This document shows positions 1-9,128 of a DNA stretch of 47,450 bases, piece after piece (within the stretch, counting starts at the first letter, position 1; each line of letters opens with the position of its first letter). The position numbers were made by a program, and so were the translations under genes. The notes beneath the pieces were generated by a model. That model made no database searches and was not told where the DNA came from. It saw nothing but the letters and a program-made list of their open reading frames with translations. Origin of the DNA: Patescibacteria group bacterium. Its GTDB lineage: Bacteria; Patescibacteriota; Minisyncoccia; UBA6257; Colwellbacteraceae. Location of the stretch: assembly GCA_023380475.1 (NCBI GenBank), contig JAMCRD010000006.1, forward strand, positions 68,546-115,995. The letters are read 5' to 3'.

Positions 1-224
1 GATTTGCGGTATTTGGCGCTGTGCGTTATACCCGATTCCCACATCGCCCATAGCACGCGGCGATGCACGGGCTTAAGACCGTCGCGGACGTCCGGCAAAG
101 CGCGGCCGACTATAACAGACATAGCGTAATCCAGATAAGAACGGCGCAGTTCGTCGGTTATCTCAACCGGTTCGATTTTACCCGCAGCCGCTGTCTTTGG
201 TTGTTCTATTTTTCCTTTATCCAT
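1..224 (-). CDS. gyrA: DNA gyrase subunit A, N-terminal fragment (gene runs off the left edge)
   Basis: Minus-strand translation from ATG at 224 gives [74 protein letters not shown]. This contains the canonical GyrA N-terminal signature ([25 protein letters not shown]). It is absent from the ORF track because it is open-ended. Confidence 0.9.
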   Translation of the reverse strand, partial: MDKGKIEQPKTAAAGKIEPVEITDELRRSYLDYAMSVIVGRALPDVRDGLKPVHRRVLWAMWESGITHSAKYRK

Positions 225-766
225 ACAAACTTAGTACCTTCTTCGTTTTCGAAATCCTTGCGCTTAACGGTTAAGCGATCCATCTGCTCTGGCTTACCGA
301 ATTCACTGGTCAAGTCTTTGGCTGCATCATCATTCCTCGGAATGATGATGCGCGGCTCGATTTCTCTTATAACTGTGGCGGCTTTCTTCGGTTCGATCAG
401 TCCCTTACCCAGGCCAACGAACAGAATATCCACATCACCCAGCTTTTCCAAGAAGGCATCGGTTGGTTCCTTGGTGAGCGGCGCTAAAAAACACATCCGT
501 ACCCCGTCGGCCTCCACTTTATATGTGGTTTTGATGGTCTTGTTGTCAGATTCACCCTCCATGTCAAAACCGCTGACTTTGACGCCGGAATGCTCGTACT
601 CACCGGCGCTCACTATCACCTCCGTCAGCTCGTCTTTCATGACCGCAATATCAACAGCCGTCTTCAAGACCATCTCACCGCGCTCGCGTGGCGCCGGGTC
701 GACAACTATTCTGAAGCCCGAGACTTCACAATTTACGCTCCCAGAGGGAGCGACTCGTATTACCAT
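206..766 (-). CDS. MBL-fold-like (Lactamase_B_3-like) protein with no visible HxHxDH motif
   Basis: 186-aa ORF. Its layout resembles the short metal-dependent hydrolase family (FRIVVDP ... DILFVGLG ... [15 protein letters not shown]), but no His cluster is present. Its 3' end overlaps the gyrA start by 19 nt. The 63..773 plus-strand ORF is its antisense shadow. Confidence 0.45.
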   Translation of the reverse strand: MVIRVAPSGSVNCEVSGFRIVVDPAPRERGEMVLKTAVDIAVMKDELTEVIVSAGEYEHSGVKVSGFDMEGESDNKTIKTTYKVEADGVRMCFLAPLTKEPTDAFLEKLGDVDILFVGLGKGLIEPKKAATVIREIEPRIIIPRNDDAAKDLTSEFGKPEQMDRLTVKRKDFENEEGTKFVWIKEK

Positions 767-790
767 AATCTAATTTTACCCGCCCAGACG

Positions 791-819
791 TTGCTTTTCA
801 ATCAGCTTTTCCTTATAAT
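791..819 (+). promoter_or_regulatory. sigma70-like promoter TTGCTT-N17-TATAAT upstream of rpsA
   Basis: TTGCTT at 791-796, a 17-nt spacer, TATAAT at 814-819. Confidence 0.6.
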
Positions 820-840
820 CCCGTGGAAATTAATCCGCAA

Positions 841-1944
841 ATGACTGCGCAAAAACAAGAATCCGCCTTGGCTTCGCGGCTGAAAGACAGCCCGGATTTG
901 ATGCCTATCCTGAAAACCGGCGACCTCGTCGGGGTGAAACTCATGGAGAAAACCGGGCGTACAGCCTACTTCGAGATACCCCGCATCGGAACAGGTATGA
1001 TCTACGGCGTCGAACTCTTGAACGCCAAGGATGTCTTAAAACGTTTGTCACCAGGGGATACAGTCTCCGCCCGAGTAGTTGACCCCGAAAATGACCAAGG
1101 TTACGTCGAACTTTCGCTGGCTGAAGCCGGCAAGCAGCGCGCTTGGCAGGAAATTCAAGACCTGCAGGACAAGGACGAACCATTAAAGGTCAAGATAACA
1201 GATGCCAACGCTGGCGGACTGATAACTGAATTGTCTGGCATAACCGCTTTCATACCAGCTTCGCAGCTGTCTAACGATCACTACCCCAAAGAAACCGAAG
1301 GCGATCGCAACAAGATGATCGGGGCACTGAAGAAGTTCGTTGACCAGGAACTGACCGTCAAAATTTTAAACATAAATCCGCGTAGCAATAAGTTGATTCT
1401 GTCGGAACGCGAGGTTGAAAATATCAACATCAAGGAACTCTTGGCCAAGTATAAGCCCGGTGACGTGATCTCAGGGATAATATCGGGCGTAGCCAGCTTC
1501 GGAGCCTTCCTTCATTTCGCTGATGAACCTTTGATCGAGGGCCTGATCCATATATCCGAACTTGATCACCGTCTGATCGATAATCCGAAAGAAGTAGTGA
1601 AAGTGGGCGATTTGGTCCAGGCTAAGATAGTGGACATAAAAGACGGCCGAGTCTCGTTGTCATTGAAGGCTCTGAAAAGCGACCCGTGGGAAAAGGTTGA
1701 GGAAAAGTACAAGGCGGGTGACGTTGTGGACGGCAGGGTGCATCGCTTTAACGCCTTTGGAGCTTTCATTGAGTTAGATCCTTCTATCGTCGGACTGATT
1801 CACGTTTCAGAGTTTGGTTCTATTGAAGAACTAAGGCACCAACTTGAGGAAGGAAAAACATATAAGTTTGTTATAGAATCTGTTAGGCCCAAGGATAAGA
1901 GGATTGTACTCAAACTCGCGGCCAAGGCGGCTTCAGCTGATTAG
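841..1944 (+). CDS. rpsA: 30S ribosomal protein S1-like, several S1 RNA-binding domains
   Basis: Repeated S1-domain pattern (GD.V.G.V...GAF..., e.g. GDVISGIISGVASFGAFLHF and GDVVDGRVHRFNAFGAFIEL). The ORF-track GTG at 823 lies only 3 nt after the -10 box, so ATG 841 is preferred. Confidence 0.8.
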   Translation: MTAQKQESALASRLKDSPDLMPILKTGDLVGVKLMEKTGRTAYFEIPRIGTGMIYGVELLNAKDVLKRLSPGDTVSARVVDPENDQGYVELSLAEAGKQRAWQEIQDLQDKDEPLKVKITDANAGGLITELSGITAFIPASQLSNDHYPKETEGDRNKMIGALKKFVDQELTVKILNINPRSNKLILSEREVENINIKELLAKYKPGDVISGIISGVASFGAFLHFADEPLIEGLIHISELDHRLIDNPKEVVKVGDLVQAKIVDIKDGRVSLSLKALKSDPWEKVEEKYKAGDVVDGRVHRFNAFGAFIELDPSIVGLIHVSEFGSIEELRHQLEEGKTYKFVIESVRPKDKRIVLKLAAKAASAD

Positions 1945-1968
1945 TTTTCGGCTAGGTCAAAAATAAAT

Positions 1969-3804
1969 ATGAGTAAGTTTTACAAGAATATTTTGTTGGT
2001 GCTTGTCATTTTGTTCCTTCTGGCACTAGTTGTGTCATCGGCTTATCAGAACGGCCAAAGCGAACAAAGCCAGGCTCTTAGCCAAGTGGCTTCGGAGATT
2101 CAGGCTGGGAAAGTTACCAGTATTTCCGTGAACGGCAGCGCGTTGGACGTCACCTTGTCCAATGGACAGCACATTTCGTCGGAGAAGGAAATTGAATCAA
2201 GTCTTACCGACACGCTTAAGAATTACGGTGTTACGCCTGACGAGCTTTCCAAAGTTTCCATCCAAGTGCAAGATCAGTCATCGTTCAACTTCTGGGTCGG
2301 GACTCTGGCTCCAACGTTGCTTTCAACACTGATCATAATTGGCATCTTTTGGTATTTGATGAGGCAAGCTAGAGGCGGGATGAACCAGGCCTTCACCTTC
2401 GGCCGGGCCAATTTGAAACCATTCACCAACTTCAAAGAAAGAGTAACTTTTGCCGACGTCGCCGGGCTGCAAGAAGCCAAACAGGAACTAAGTGAGGTCG
2501 TCGGCTTTATGAAAAACCCCCAAAAATATCTGGATATCGGAGCTACCGTACCTCGGGGGGTGTTGTTGATGGGCCAGCCGGGAACAGGCAAAACGCTTCT
2601 GGCTCGCGCTGTTGCAGGTGAAGCTAACGTGCCCTTCTTCCATATTTCCGCATCCGAGTTCGTTGAAATGTTTGTGGGCGTCGGCGCTTCGCGAGTCAGA
2701 GACGTATTTCAGACAGCCAAACGGGCAGCGCCTTCGATAATATTCATAGATGAAATAGATGCTGTGGGACGTGAGCGTGGCGCCGGTTTGGGAGGCGGCC
2801 ACGACGAGCGTGAGCAGACATTGAACCAGATCCTTGTGGAAATGGACGGTTTTGACCGTGAGACGAATGTCATAGTCATGGCCGCTACTAACCGCGCCGA
2901 CGTGTTGGATCCGGCACTGCTAAGACCCGGCCGCTTCGATCGCAGGGTCTTCTTGGATTTGCCAGACATAAATGAAAGAGAGGCCATATTGAAGATGCAT
3001 GCCAAGAACAAGCCTCTGGCCAAAGACATTGATCTGCGTAAAGTCGCAACCAGGACACCGGGATTTTCCGGAGCAGACTTGGCCAATCTAGTGAATGAAG
3101 CAGCCATCCTCACTGTTAAGAACGGCAAAGACAAGATAGCTCAGCAATATTTTTATGAGTCGATCGAGAAGGTTATGCTTGGCCCGGAAAGAAAAAGCCG
3201 ACTTATATCGGACAGGGAAAAAGAACTCACTGCCTATCATGAAGCGGGCCATGCCTTGGTAGCAGCCGGGCTCAAGGATTCTGATCCGGTACATAAAGTG
3301 TCTGTAGTCAGCCGCGGTCAAATTGGAGGGTACACTCTCAAACTACCCCTTGAAGACCAACGCTTGAGAACAAAGTCACAATTCCTGGCAGACATAGCGG
3401 TTGCCTTAGGCGGACACGCTGCGGAGAAAATTGTTTTCAACGATATAACAACTGGCGCGTCTAATGACCTTACCGTCGCCTCAGAAACAGCCCGCATGCT
3501 TGTAACTAAGTATGGCATGAGTGAGAAGATGGGGCCCATGACCTTCGGCAAAACCCAGGAAATGATCTTCTTGGGCAGAGAAATCTCCACTGAGAAGAAC
3601 TATTCGGAGGAAGTGGCTGAACAAATCGACCAAGAGGTGAAGAAATTCATAGACCGCGCCTATCGTACTGCCGAGAAAATACTGACATCATATCGACCGG
3701 CTTTAAATAGAGTTGCCAAAGCATTGATAGAACACGAAACATTGGAACAGGACGAATTCTATGCTTTGGTAAAAGAATTTGATTTGAAGCCTATCTCGGT
3801 ATAG
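1969..3804 (+). CDS. ftsH: ATP-dependent zinc metalloprotease FtsH
   Basis: N-terminal TM segments, AAA+ Walker A GQPGTGKT, Walker [10 protein letters not shown], zinc site HEAGHA. Confidence 0.95.
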   Translation: MSKFYKNILLVLVILFLLALVVSSAYQNGQSEQSQALSQVASEIQAGKVTSISVNGSALDVTLSNGQHISSEKEIESSLTDTLKNYGVTPDELSKVSIQVQDQSSFNFWVGTLAPTLLSTLIIIGIFWYLMRQARGGMNQAFTFGRANLKPFTNFKERVTFADVAGLQEAKQELSEVVGFMKNPQKYLDIGATVPRGVLLMGQPGTGKTLLARAVAGEANVPFFHISASEFVEMFVGVGASRVRDVFQTAKRAAPSIIFIDEIDAVGRERGAGLGGGHDEREQTLNQILVEMDGFDRETNVIVMAATNRADVLDPALLRPGRFDRRVFLDLPDINEREAILKMHAKNKPLAKDIDLRKVATRTPGFSGADLANLVNEAAILTVKNGKDKIAQQYFYESIEKVMLGPERKSRLISDREKELTAYHEAGHALVAAGLKDSDPVHKVSVVSRGQIGGYTLKLPLEDQRLRTKSQFLADIAVALGGHAAEKIVFNDITTGASNDLTVASETARMLVTKYGMSEKMGPMTFGKTQEMIFLGREISTEKNYSEEVAEQIDQEVKKFIDRAYRTAEKILTSYRPALNRVAKALIEHETLEQDEFYALVKEFDLKPISV

Positions 3805-3825
3805 AGGTAGAATCCATCAGTCGCG

Positions 3826-3897
3826 CGGCCCGTAGCTCAGTGGTAGAGCAATGCTCTTATAAAGCATGGGTCGCAGGTTCGATCCCTGCCGGGCCGA
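3826..3897 (+). tRNA. tRNA-Ile with anticodon UAU (reads AUA); no encoded CCA
   Basis: Hand-folded cloverleaf. Acceptor CGGCCCG/CGGGCCG, D arm GCTC-AGTGGTA-GAGC, anticodon stem ATGCT/AGCAT with loop C-T-TAT-A-A, T arm GCAGG-TTCGATC-CCTGC, discriminator A. The body resembles tRNA-Ile2. Confidence 0.85.
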
Positions 3898-3956
3898 CAG
3901 ATTACAAAACACTTGCATACTTATCAGGAACGCGGACTCCCGTGGGAACAACTGAT

Positions 3957-4627
3957 TCATATGCACCACCAGCACCCCGTAATCTTTAAGAACAAAATTG
4001 TGTCGTATACCCCGATCATAAATGTACCCATTGGCAAGGAATCCTTCTCGCTCTTGCTGGCTTTATTGTATTGCTGAGCGGTTTTATGGAATTGTGAAGG
4101 TGGTATACCAGACATACCACTCCAGTACTTTTCAGCACGAGAAGCATTGATGTGCTGGTGTATAAGAACTTGCGCCTTAAATTTTGAATCCGGCACTTTA
4201 CAAATTTTCTTGAAGAAATCCATCATAATTTGGATTAATCTAGGATCGCTATTAGAAAAGCACACTTTCGCGCGCGAAGATTTAGAGCCCTCTCCCAGAT
4301 AAAGCCCGAGCCAATAAAAAATAGGTTTTTATTTGTAACCTCTGCTACGTTCTTAACGGCCGATTGGAAAACTATACTCCTACATAAGTATTCATTACGT
4401 AAACGTACCAATCGACGACTCTCAATAGGCTCCAAGGTATGGCCCCTTAGCGAGAGCCGTTTCAGTTGCTTTCTATTCAGCCTTATGTCACGGACCCACA
4501 AACTTACACTCCCCTTAGAAACTCCTAATTTACTAACTACTTCATTCAAAGAACAGCCTTGTTTGCGTAGGTTACGCGCAATATTTCTCTTGACTCTTTC
4601 CGTTAATTGAACCGCTAAATTATTCTG
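3957..4627 (-). pseudogene. HTH + LAGLIDADG-like (LYLGEGSK motif) homing-endonuclease-family gene, frameshifted and lacking a start codon
   Basis: ORFs 4235..4549 and 3957..4265 overlap in different frames. Reading through the T6 run (plus-strand A6 at 4316-4321) with a -1 shift joins ...VTNKNLFF to YWLGLYLGEGSKSSRAKVCFSNSDPRLI.... The N-terminal HTH (IARNLRKQGCSLNEVVSKLGVSKGSVSLWVRDI) is open back to a TAG at 4628-4630 with no ATG/GTG/TTG before the internal TTG at 4549. Confidence 0.6.
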
Positions 4628-4701
4628 CTATTAGAATAACATTAAAAAAACGGCTGTAGACAAAGTGATTTATATAACTATCCTTAGCTTAGAATAGATG
4701 G

Positions 4702-4773
4702 GGGCACTTAGCTCAGTGGTAGAGCGACTCGTTTACACCGAGTAGGTCGGGGGTTCGATCCCCTCAGTGCCCA
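4702..4773 (+). tRNA. tRNA-Val (anticodon UAC); no encoded CCA
   Basis: Cloverleaf. Acceptor GGGCACT/AGTGCCC, D arm GCTC-AGTGGTA-GAGC, anticodon stem ACTCG/CGAGT with loop TT-TAC-AC, T arm GGGGG-TTCGATC-CCCTC. Confidence 0.9.
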
Positions 4774-4779
4774 CTAAAA

Positions 4780-5310
4780 TTATCTTAGTAAAACTCTGGA
4801 AACTATTTCATAGCTGGCGCCCTCTCTGTATAAGTGGGATTCCATCATCACAATAGAGTCGACGTCTTCTGACCACAATATTTTTTCCTCAAGTTTTTTA
4901 ATCGGAAACGTCGGGAAGCTTTCCATACGAAATCGAGCCAGGGTAAGGTGCAATTTATAGGGCCTGATCTCATCGCTATTGTGAAAAGCTTTAGACAGGC
5001 CATCGTGCAGCTCGATCATATTTTGAGTGGTGGTGCCTTCTGCCCACACTAACCGTGGCTGGTAAATATTGGGGCCGAATGAAACCTTGTTAAAAACAAC
5101 TGTGAACCTCCCATGCTTAGAGGCTTCCTTTTTTAAGATCTTCTCCGGATTAGCTATATCGTCCACATACCATGGAGGCAAGACGGTTACGTGCAAGTCC
5201 TTACCCTTTAAAAACCGCACTGGTATTTTCAATACGTCTTTCTCCCAACCAACAATTCTCTCTTGTAGGCTGTCGGAGATTGGTATCGCGACGAAGACTC
5301 TGTGCGACAT
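4780..5310 (-). CDS. thpR: RNA 2',3'-cyclic phosphodiesterase / 2'-5' RNA ligase family (2H phosphoesterase)
   Basis: Two H-x-T/S-x motifs (HVTV and HLTL) at the spacing typical of LigT/ThpR. Confidence 0.8.
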   Translation of the reverse strand: MSHRVFVAIPISDSLQERIVGWEKDVLKIPVRFLKGKDLHVTVLPPWYVDDIANPEKILKKEASKHGRFTVVFNKVSFGPNIYQPRLVWAEGTTTQNMIELHDGLSKAFHNSDEIRPYKLHLTLARFRMESFPTFPIKKLEEKILWSEDVDSIVMMESHLYREGASYEIVSRVLLR

Positions 5311-5318
5311 TTTAAAAA

Positions 5319-5759
5319 TTAATCTCTTTTATAAAGCCCGACTAATTCCGCTTGCTCGAGGACATGGCCGCGCATGGCCATTTCAACTTCCGCCCTTTTA
5401 GCTGATGGGCTGATGTCCAAAGTAGTATCTAAGGCGTACAGTCTGAACTTATATCTATGTTCGCCGCGACTCGGGCACGGCCCTCCATAGCCATACTCAC
5501 CGAAATCATTAATACCCCGCACGCTTTCGGGGAGACTACTTCCTTCCTCTACCTCCGCGGTTCTCGGATCGGCGTTCCATAAGATCCAATGCAGAAAATC
5601 TTTTGAAGGCGAATCCGGGTCGTCCAATATTAAGACAAGGCTCTTCGCTGAGGCCGGAACCATTTTTATACTTAGAGGAGGGCTCATATTGTCCCCATCG
5701 CAGGTGTACCTTCGTGGTATTGCTTTGCCGTCGCCAAATGCCAGGCTAGATATCTTCAT
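5319..5759 (-). CDS. YbhB/YbcL (PEBP/Raf-kinase-inhibitor-like) family protein
   Basis: CDGDNMSPPLS, DPDSP...FLHW and GEHRYKFRLYALD are PEBP-family signatures. Confidence 0.8.
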   Translation of the reverse strand: MKISSLAFGDGKAIPRRYTCDGDNMSPPLSIKMVPASAKSLVLILDDPDSPSKDFLHWILWNADPRTAEVEEGSSLPESVRGINDFGEYGYGGPCPSRGEHRYKFRLYALDTTLDISPSAKRAEVEMAMRGHVLEQAELVGLYKRD

Positions 5760-5834
5760 CCACTTAATTCTAACATCCTAGGGCAGAAACAATTTATGTT
5801 CGTGTGGGATTTAACATCCCACCATGGTTAAAGT

Positions 5835-5874
5835 GTGAAACAAGTGTGAAACATCGATTTTTTGCAAAAACCCG
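5835..5874. repeat. Left arm of a perfect 40-bp inverted repeat flanking the LAGLIDADG gene
   Basis: GTGAAACAAGTGTGAAACATCGATTTTTTGCAAAAACCCG is the exact reverse complement of 6480-6519. It contains a tandem AAGTGTGAAAC x2 and an internal palindrome TTTTTGCAAAAA. Confidence 0.95.
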
Positions 5875-5945
5875 ATAGCCGTATAAATACTGGATATATT
5901 GCAGATAGCCAAAATTTTTAGTTTAGCGTGAAACAATCTATGCAC

Positions 5946-6425
5946 CTAAAACTTTGGGTTTTTGTTGTAGAATCCAGGTTTATGTAGGCGATATACCAAT
6001 TTGAACCTCCTTTGGACATCCGGGTCGTTGCCTATTTTCTCTAACCATTCATTGAACTGTGTACCTTTGTAACCGACCAGCCTATCGTAGAAAAACGGAA
6101 CTATTATGTTCTTTATTTGACCAATGTCTCTGACGCACATAAATGCTCTTCTGCCCCTTTTACATCCATCTTTGTCGAAACTCTTGTATATATGCACCAC
6201 ACTAGATAACCCCATGGTGTCCCTAACCCCTTTAATCAAGTTTGCATCCCTTTCATGCATCCCTATAGCAAACTCCGGGATTCTAAATTTGTATGTTACT
6301 ACACGACCGTTCACTGACCTCCTTCCTCCGGGAGATGTAGAAAAAGCAAAGTATCCCTCACCATCTATAAGTCCACGCACATAGCCCTCAGAAAGGGATG
6401 TTTTGGTATCACCAATTTGTTTCAC
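5946..6425 (-). CDS. LAGLIDADG homing endonuclease, single-motif (homodimer-type), GTG start
   Basis: YVRGLIDGEGYF is a LAGLIDADG motif near the N-terminus of a 159-aa protein. The size and single motif fit the I-CreI-like class. Confidence 0.85.
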   Translation of the reverse strand: MKQIGDTKTSLSEGYVRGLIDGEGYFAFSTSPGGRRSVNGRVVTYKFRIPEFAIGMHERDANLIKGVRDTMGLSSVVHIYKSFDKDGCKRGRRAFMCVRDIGQIKNIIVPFFYDRLVGYKGTQFNEWLEKIGNDPDVQRRFKLVYRLHKPGFYNKNPKF

Positions 6426-6479
6426 GTTTTACATCCAAATTCACTGATTTTCTAAAAACACTGATATTTATTAGCTTAC

Positions 6480-6519
6480 CGGGTTTTTGCAAAAAATCGA
6501 TGTTTCACACTTGTTTCAC
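6480..6519. repeat. Right arm of the 40-bp inverted repeat
   Basis: CGGGTTTTTGCAAAAAATCGATGTTTCACACTTGTTTCAC is the reverse complement of 5835-5874. Confidence 0.95.
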
Positions 6520-6638
6520 GCTAGGCAACCAATAAAACGCATAAATACTAATTCGGCAATCGGCAATCAATTGCGTGGCTCATAAATACTGGGGTATCGG
6601 GTTATAGCGTTAAAACTGTATCAGCTGCAGACGTGGAT

Positions 6639-6667
6639 TTGCCAATTCCAAACAGATCTGCGATAAT
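6639..6667 (+). promoter_or_regulatory. Promoter TTGCCA-N17-GATAAT, 9 nt upstream of the rpsT ATG
   Basis: TTGCCA at 6639-6644, GATAAT at 6662-6667, ATG at 6677. Confidence 0.6.
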
Positions 6668-6676
6668 TGACCCTAA

Positions 6677-6931
6677 ATGCCAAGGACAAAAACGGCCAAG
6701 AAGGAAGCTAGAAAAAACGCAAGGCGTAGGGCTAAAAATAACGCAAGGAAGGATAGCCTTAGGAAGGCCATCAGGGACTATGAGCACGCTCTAGCAAAAG
6801 GTGCCGCTGCAGACATAGTGATTGTGTACAAGGCGCTAGATAAAGCAGCTAAGGCAAAGATAATAGAACCCAACAAGGCTAGTAGACTAAAATCAAAGTT
6901 GGCTAAAAGATCCCAAAAAGGAGGTAGGTAG
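6677..6931 (+). CDS. rpsT: 30S ribosomal protein S20
   Basis: MPRTKTAKKEARKNARRRAKNNARKDSLRKAIR... is a typical S20 basic helical protein of 84 aa. Confidence 0.9.
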   Translation: MPRTKTAKKEARKNARRRAKNNARKDSLRKAIRDYEHALAKGAAADIVIVYKALDKAAKAKIIEPNKASRLKSKLAKRSQKGGR

Positions 6932-6950
6932 GCCTCCTTTTATTTTATTA
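6917..6950. terminator. Hairpin plus T-tract between convergent rpsT and the holA-like gene
   Basis: AAAGGAGG (6917-6924) pairs with CCTCCTTT (6933-6940) and is followed by TATTTTATT. It overlaps the rpsT stop codon. Confidence 0.55.
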
Positions 6951-6957
6951 CAGCGGA

Positions 6958-7737
6958 CTAGGAGTGCAGGGCTAGATCGACTAAGACCTCTTCGTAATCC
7001 AATCTGCCGGACTTAATAGATACATCGTAATCCGCGAATACTTCTGCTTCTTTCCTATCACATAAACGATAGGCGAGGGTATTAAAAATTCTAGCCGGAT
7101 CATCTTTCCTATCGCTAAGCATGATCTCTAGAGCCGTGAGTTTGTGTCGCATATCACGATCGTACTTGAGTACGTTAATTAATTCGAAATACTCCGGTGC
7201 TGGTTTTTCAAAATCCAGCACCTTTCTGTTCATGAGACCAAGTTTATCCAATTCGGTAACAATGCTCCATGAATCGCCTTCAAACGCCTTAGCGATTTCG
7301 TTGACCACCGCCAGCCCTAGCTTAAGACCACGGCGGGACGCTTCTTTTTGGATAAACAAATCCAAGGCCTTACCGGTTAAAGTTGGGAATTCTTGGTACA
7401 TGGAAGGTTTTTCTTTAAGGAATTTCATGGCTGCTGGGGGGTCGCTGTCAGATACGACTAGTATTGTTGTGTTTGGATCATCCTTAAGATGTCCCTTGAG
7501 AATTTTAGCTAACTTAGTTGCAGATGCCTTGAAAGGAGACTCAACAACGGCTAGTTTACTGACTTCGAACATAGAGTTGTTCGCCAAAAATTCTTCTAGG
7601 TTTTCGATTTCCGAATTGTCGCCGAAGTCGAACCGATCGTCGGACATCGAGCCGTGTTTCTTGCGATAAATTTCTACTATCTCGCGTTCCTTGGCTGAAC
7701 GTAGGTATGAATCGGGACCGGAGAGGAATACGATCAT
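6958..7737 (-). CDS. holA: DNA polymerase III delta subunit-like (short form)
   Basis: N-terminal pattern (MIVFLSGPDSYLRSAKEREIVEIY) and overall helical layout resemble compact HolA proteins. This is a weak motif-level call. Confidence 0.55.
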   Translation of the reverse strand: MIVFLSGPDSYLRSAKEREIVEIYRKKHGSMSDDRFDFGDNSEIENLEEFLANNSMFEVSKLAVVESPFKASATKLAKILKGHLKDDPNTTILVVSDSDPPAAMKFLKEKPSMYQEFPTLTGKALDLFIQKEASRRGLKLGLAVVNEIAKAFEGDSWSIVTELDKLGLMNRKVLDFEKPAPEYFELINVLKYDRDMRHKLTALEIMLSDRKDDPARIFNTLAYRLCDRKEAEVFADYDVSIKSGRLDYEEVLVDLALHS

Positions 7738-9071
7738 ATGTCTTCTACTGAAGTTTCGGTGGGTGGAACAAGTTTTGGATCTGTCGGCAGGGTTATGGTG
7801 AATTTACTGCCTCTTCCTAGGGTTGATTCCGCGCCGATGGCGCCGCCATGGCGTTTAACTACATTCTTAGCTATATAAAGACCCAACCCAGTTCCCTCTG
7901 TCTGGAATTTAACGACGTTATCGGCGCGGAAAAACTTTGTAAACAGCTTACCCATGGCATCCTCGGGGACGCCTACGCCTGTATCTTCAACGCTTATTTG
8001 GACATAGGGCTGATTGGGGACGCGGGCGATTCTTACAGTAACCGAGCCGTTTTTGACATTATACTTTATGGCGTTATCCAGCAGATTGGACAAAGCCAAG
8101 CCAAGCTTGGAGGCGTCTATGTATCCTAACGCCGAAGGCTCGTTGCCCCTGTCAAAATAAAGGCTTACGCCGTACTGTTTGGCCATAATATTGGCATTCT
8201 CTAAGATGTCGGATAGGAAGTCGACTAGGTTCACGTTCGCAAAGTTATAGCCGAAACGACCTTCTTCGATCTTTGATACGTCCAGAAGGTCGTTGACGAT
8301 CTTGAGCAGTTTATTGGACAAAATCAGGCCGTTGGACACAAGCTCCTTATCGGCCGGGGCAATGTCCTTCGAGCTATTGAGGGCCTCAAAGGTCCAGTGC
8401 ACGCCAGTTAGAGGAGTACGAAGCTGATGGGCAGCCACGGTTATAAACTCCGATTTTGATTGGTATATCTCTATTTCCCGCGTCCGATCGTGGATTATCT
8501 TTACAAAACCAACCACCGTACCGTTGGTGTCAGTCACGCGGTCGGTGGCGACTCTTAATTCCAAAGCAGGATCAGTGAAAGATAAATCCACAATCTGAGG
8601 ATATGCCCCCGATTCGGAGCGTCGCTGCACCACCGGCGCTAGCGATGGGAAAATAACCTGAGTAAGCAATCGGAGTTCTGGATTTTGTGCCTTCTCGGGG
8701 CCAATTACTTCCCCGACAACTTTATTAGCTTTAAGATTGAAGATTGTTTCGGCAGTGGGATTAAACACGGTTATTTTGAAATCGTTGTCGTAAGCGATGA
8801 CGCCATCCGCCAAACTAAAAATTATGCTTTCTGTACGGCGCGAGGATGCCCTGGTTGCAAGATTGGATTTCACCAACATTAAATTGTTCCTGAATACCAT
8901 CGCCCCCAAAGCCAACAAAACCGCCGAGATCCCTATGGCCCACCAGATTGGCATATATAAAAAATTGGCAATAACTATGGCTACAGCTATTACCAAAAAA
9001 ATCCACAAAGATCGCATCTCGGGGAGTGCTAGATAGGACTGCCTGGAAGATGGGTGGCTAGCTTTCATCAA
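7734..9071 (-). CDS. Sensor histidine kinase (2 TM + PAS-like + HisKA + HATPase_c); likely true start ATG at 9068
   Basis: H-box AAHQLRTPLT, N box LLDNAIKY, G boxes EDTGVGV and GTGLGLYI. Its stop overlaps the holA-like start (ATGA). TATAAT on the minus strand (9082-9077) sits 8 nt upstream of ATG 9068. Confidence 0.85.
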   Translation of the reverse strand: MMKASHPSSRQSYLALPEMRSLWIFLVIAVAIVIANFLYMPIWWAIGISAVLLALGAMVFRNNLMLVKSNLATRASSRRTESIIFSLADGVIAYDNDFKITVFNPTAETIFNLKANKVVGEVIGPEKAQNPELRLLTQVIFPSLAPVVQRRSESGAYPQIVDLSFTDPALELRVATDRVTDTNGTVVGFVKIIHDRTREIEIYQSKSEFITVAAHQLRTPLTGVHWTFEALNSSKDIAPADKELVSNGLILSNKLLKIVNDLLDVSKIEEGRFGYNFANVNLVDFLSDILENANIMAKQYGVSLYFDRGNEPSALGYIDASKLGLALSNLLDNAIKYNVKNGSVTVRIARVPNQPYVQISVEDTGVGVPEDAMGKLFTKFFRADNVVKFQTEGTGLGLYIAKNVVKRHGGAIGAESTLGRGSKFTITLPTDPKLVPPTETSVEDI

Positions 9072-9101
9072 TAAGGATTATAAATCAGTTTCGTTAGTAA
9101 C

Positions 9102-9128
9102 AAAAAACCTCCGGTGTACATCCGGAGG
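9102..9128 (-). terminator. Intrinsic terminator of the minus-strand RNA gene
   Basis: Minus strand reads CCTCCGG-ATGTACA-CCGGAGG followed by TTTTTT (plus-strand A6 at 9102-9107). Confidence 0.8.

Noticed and set aside
63-773. 236-aa plus-strand ORF
   Set aside because: It is an antisense shadow of the 206..766 minus-strand gene and of the gyrA 5' end. Its composition is low-complexity and Ser/Leu-rich, and it has no motifs.
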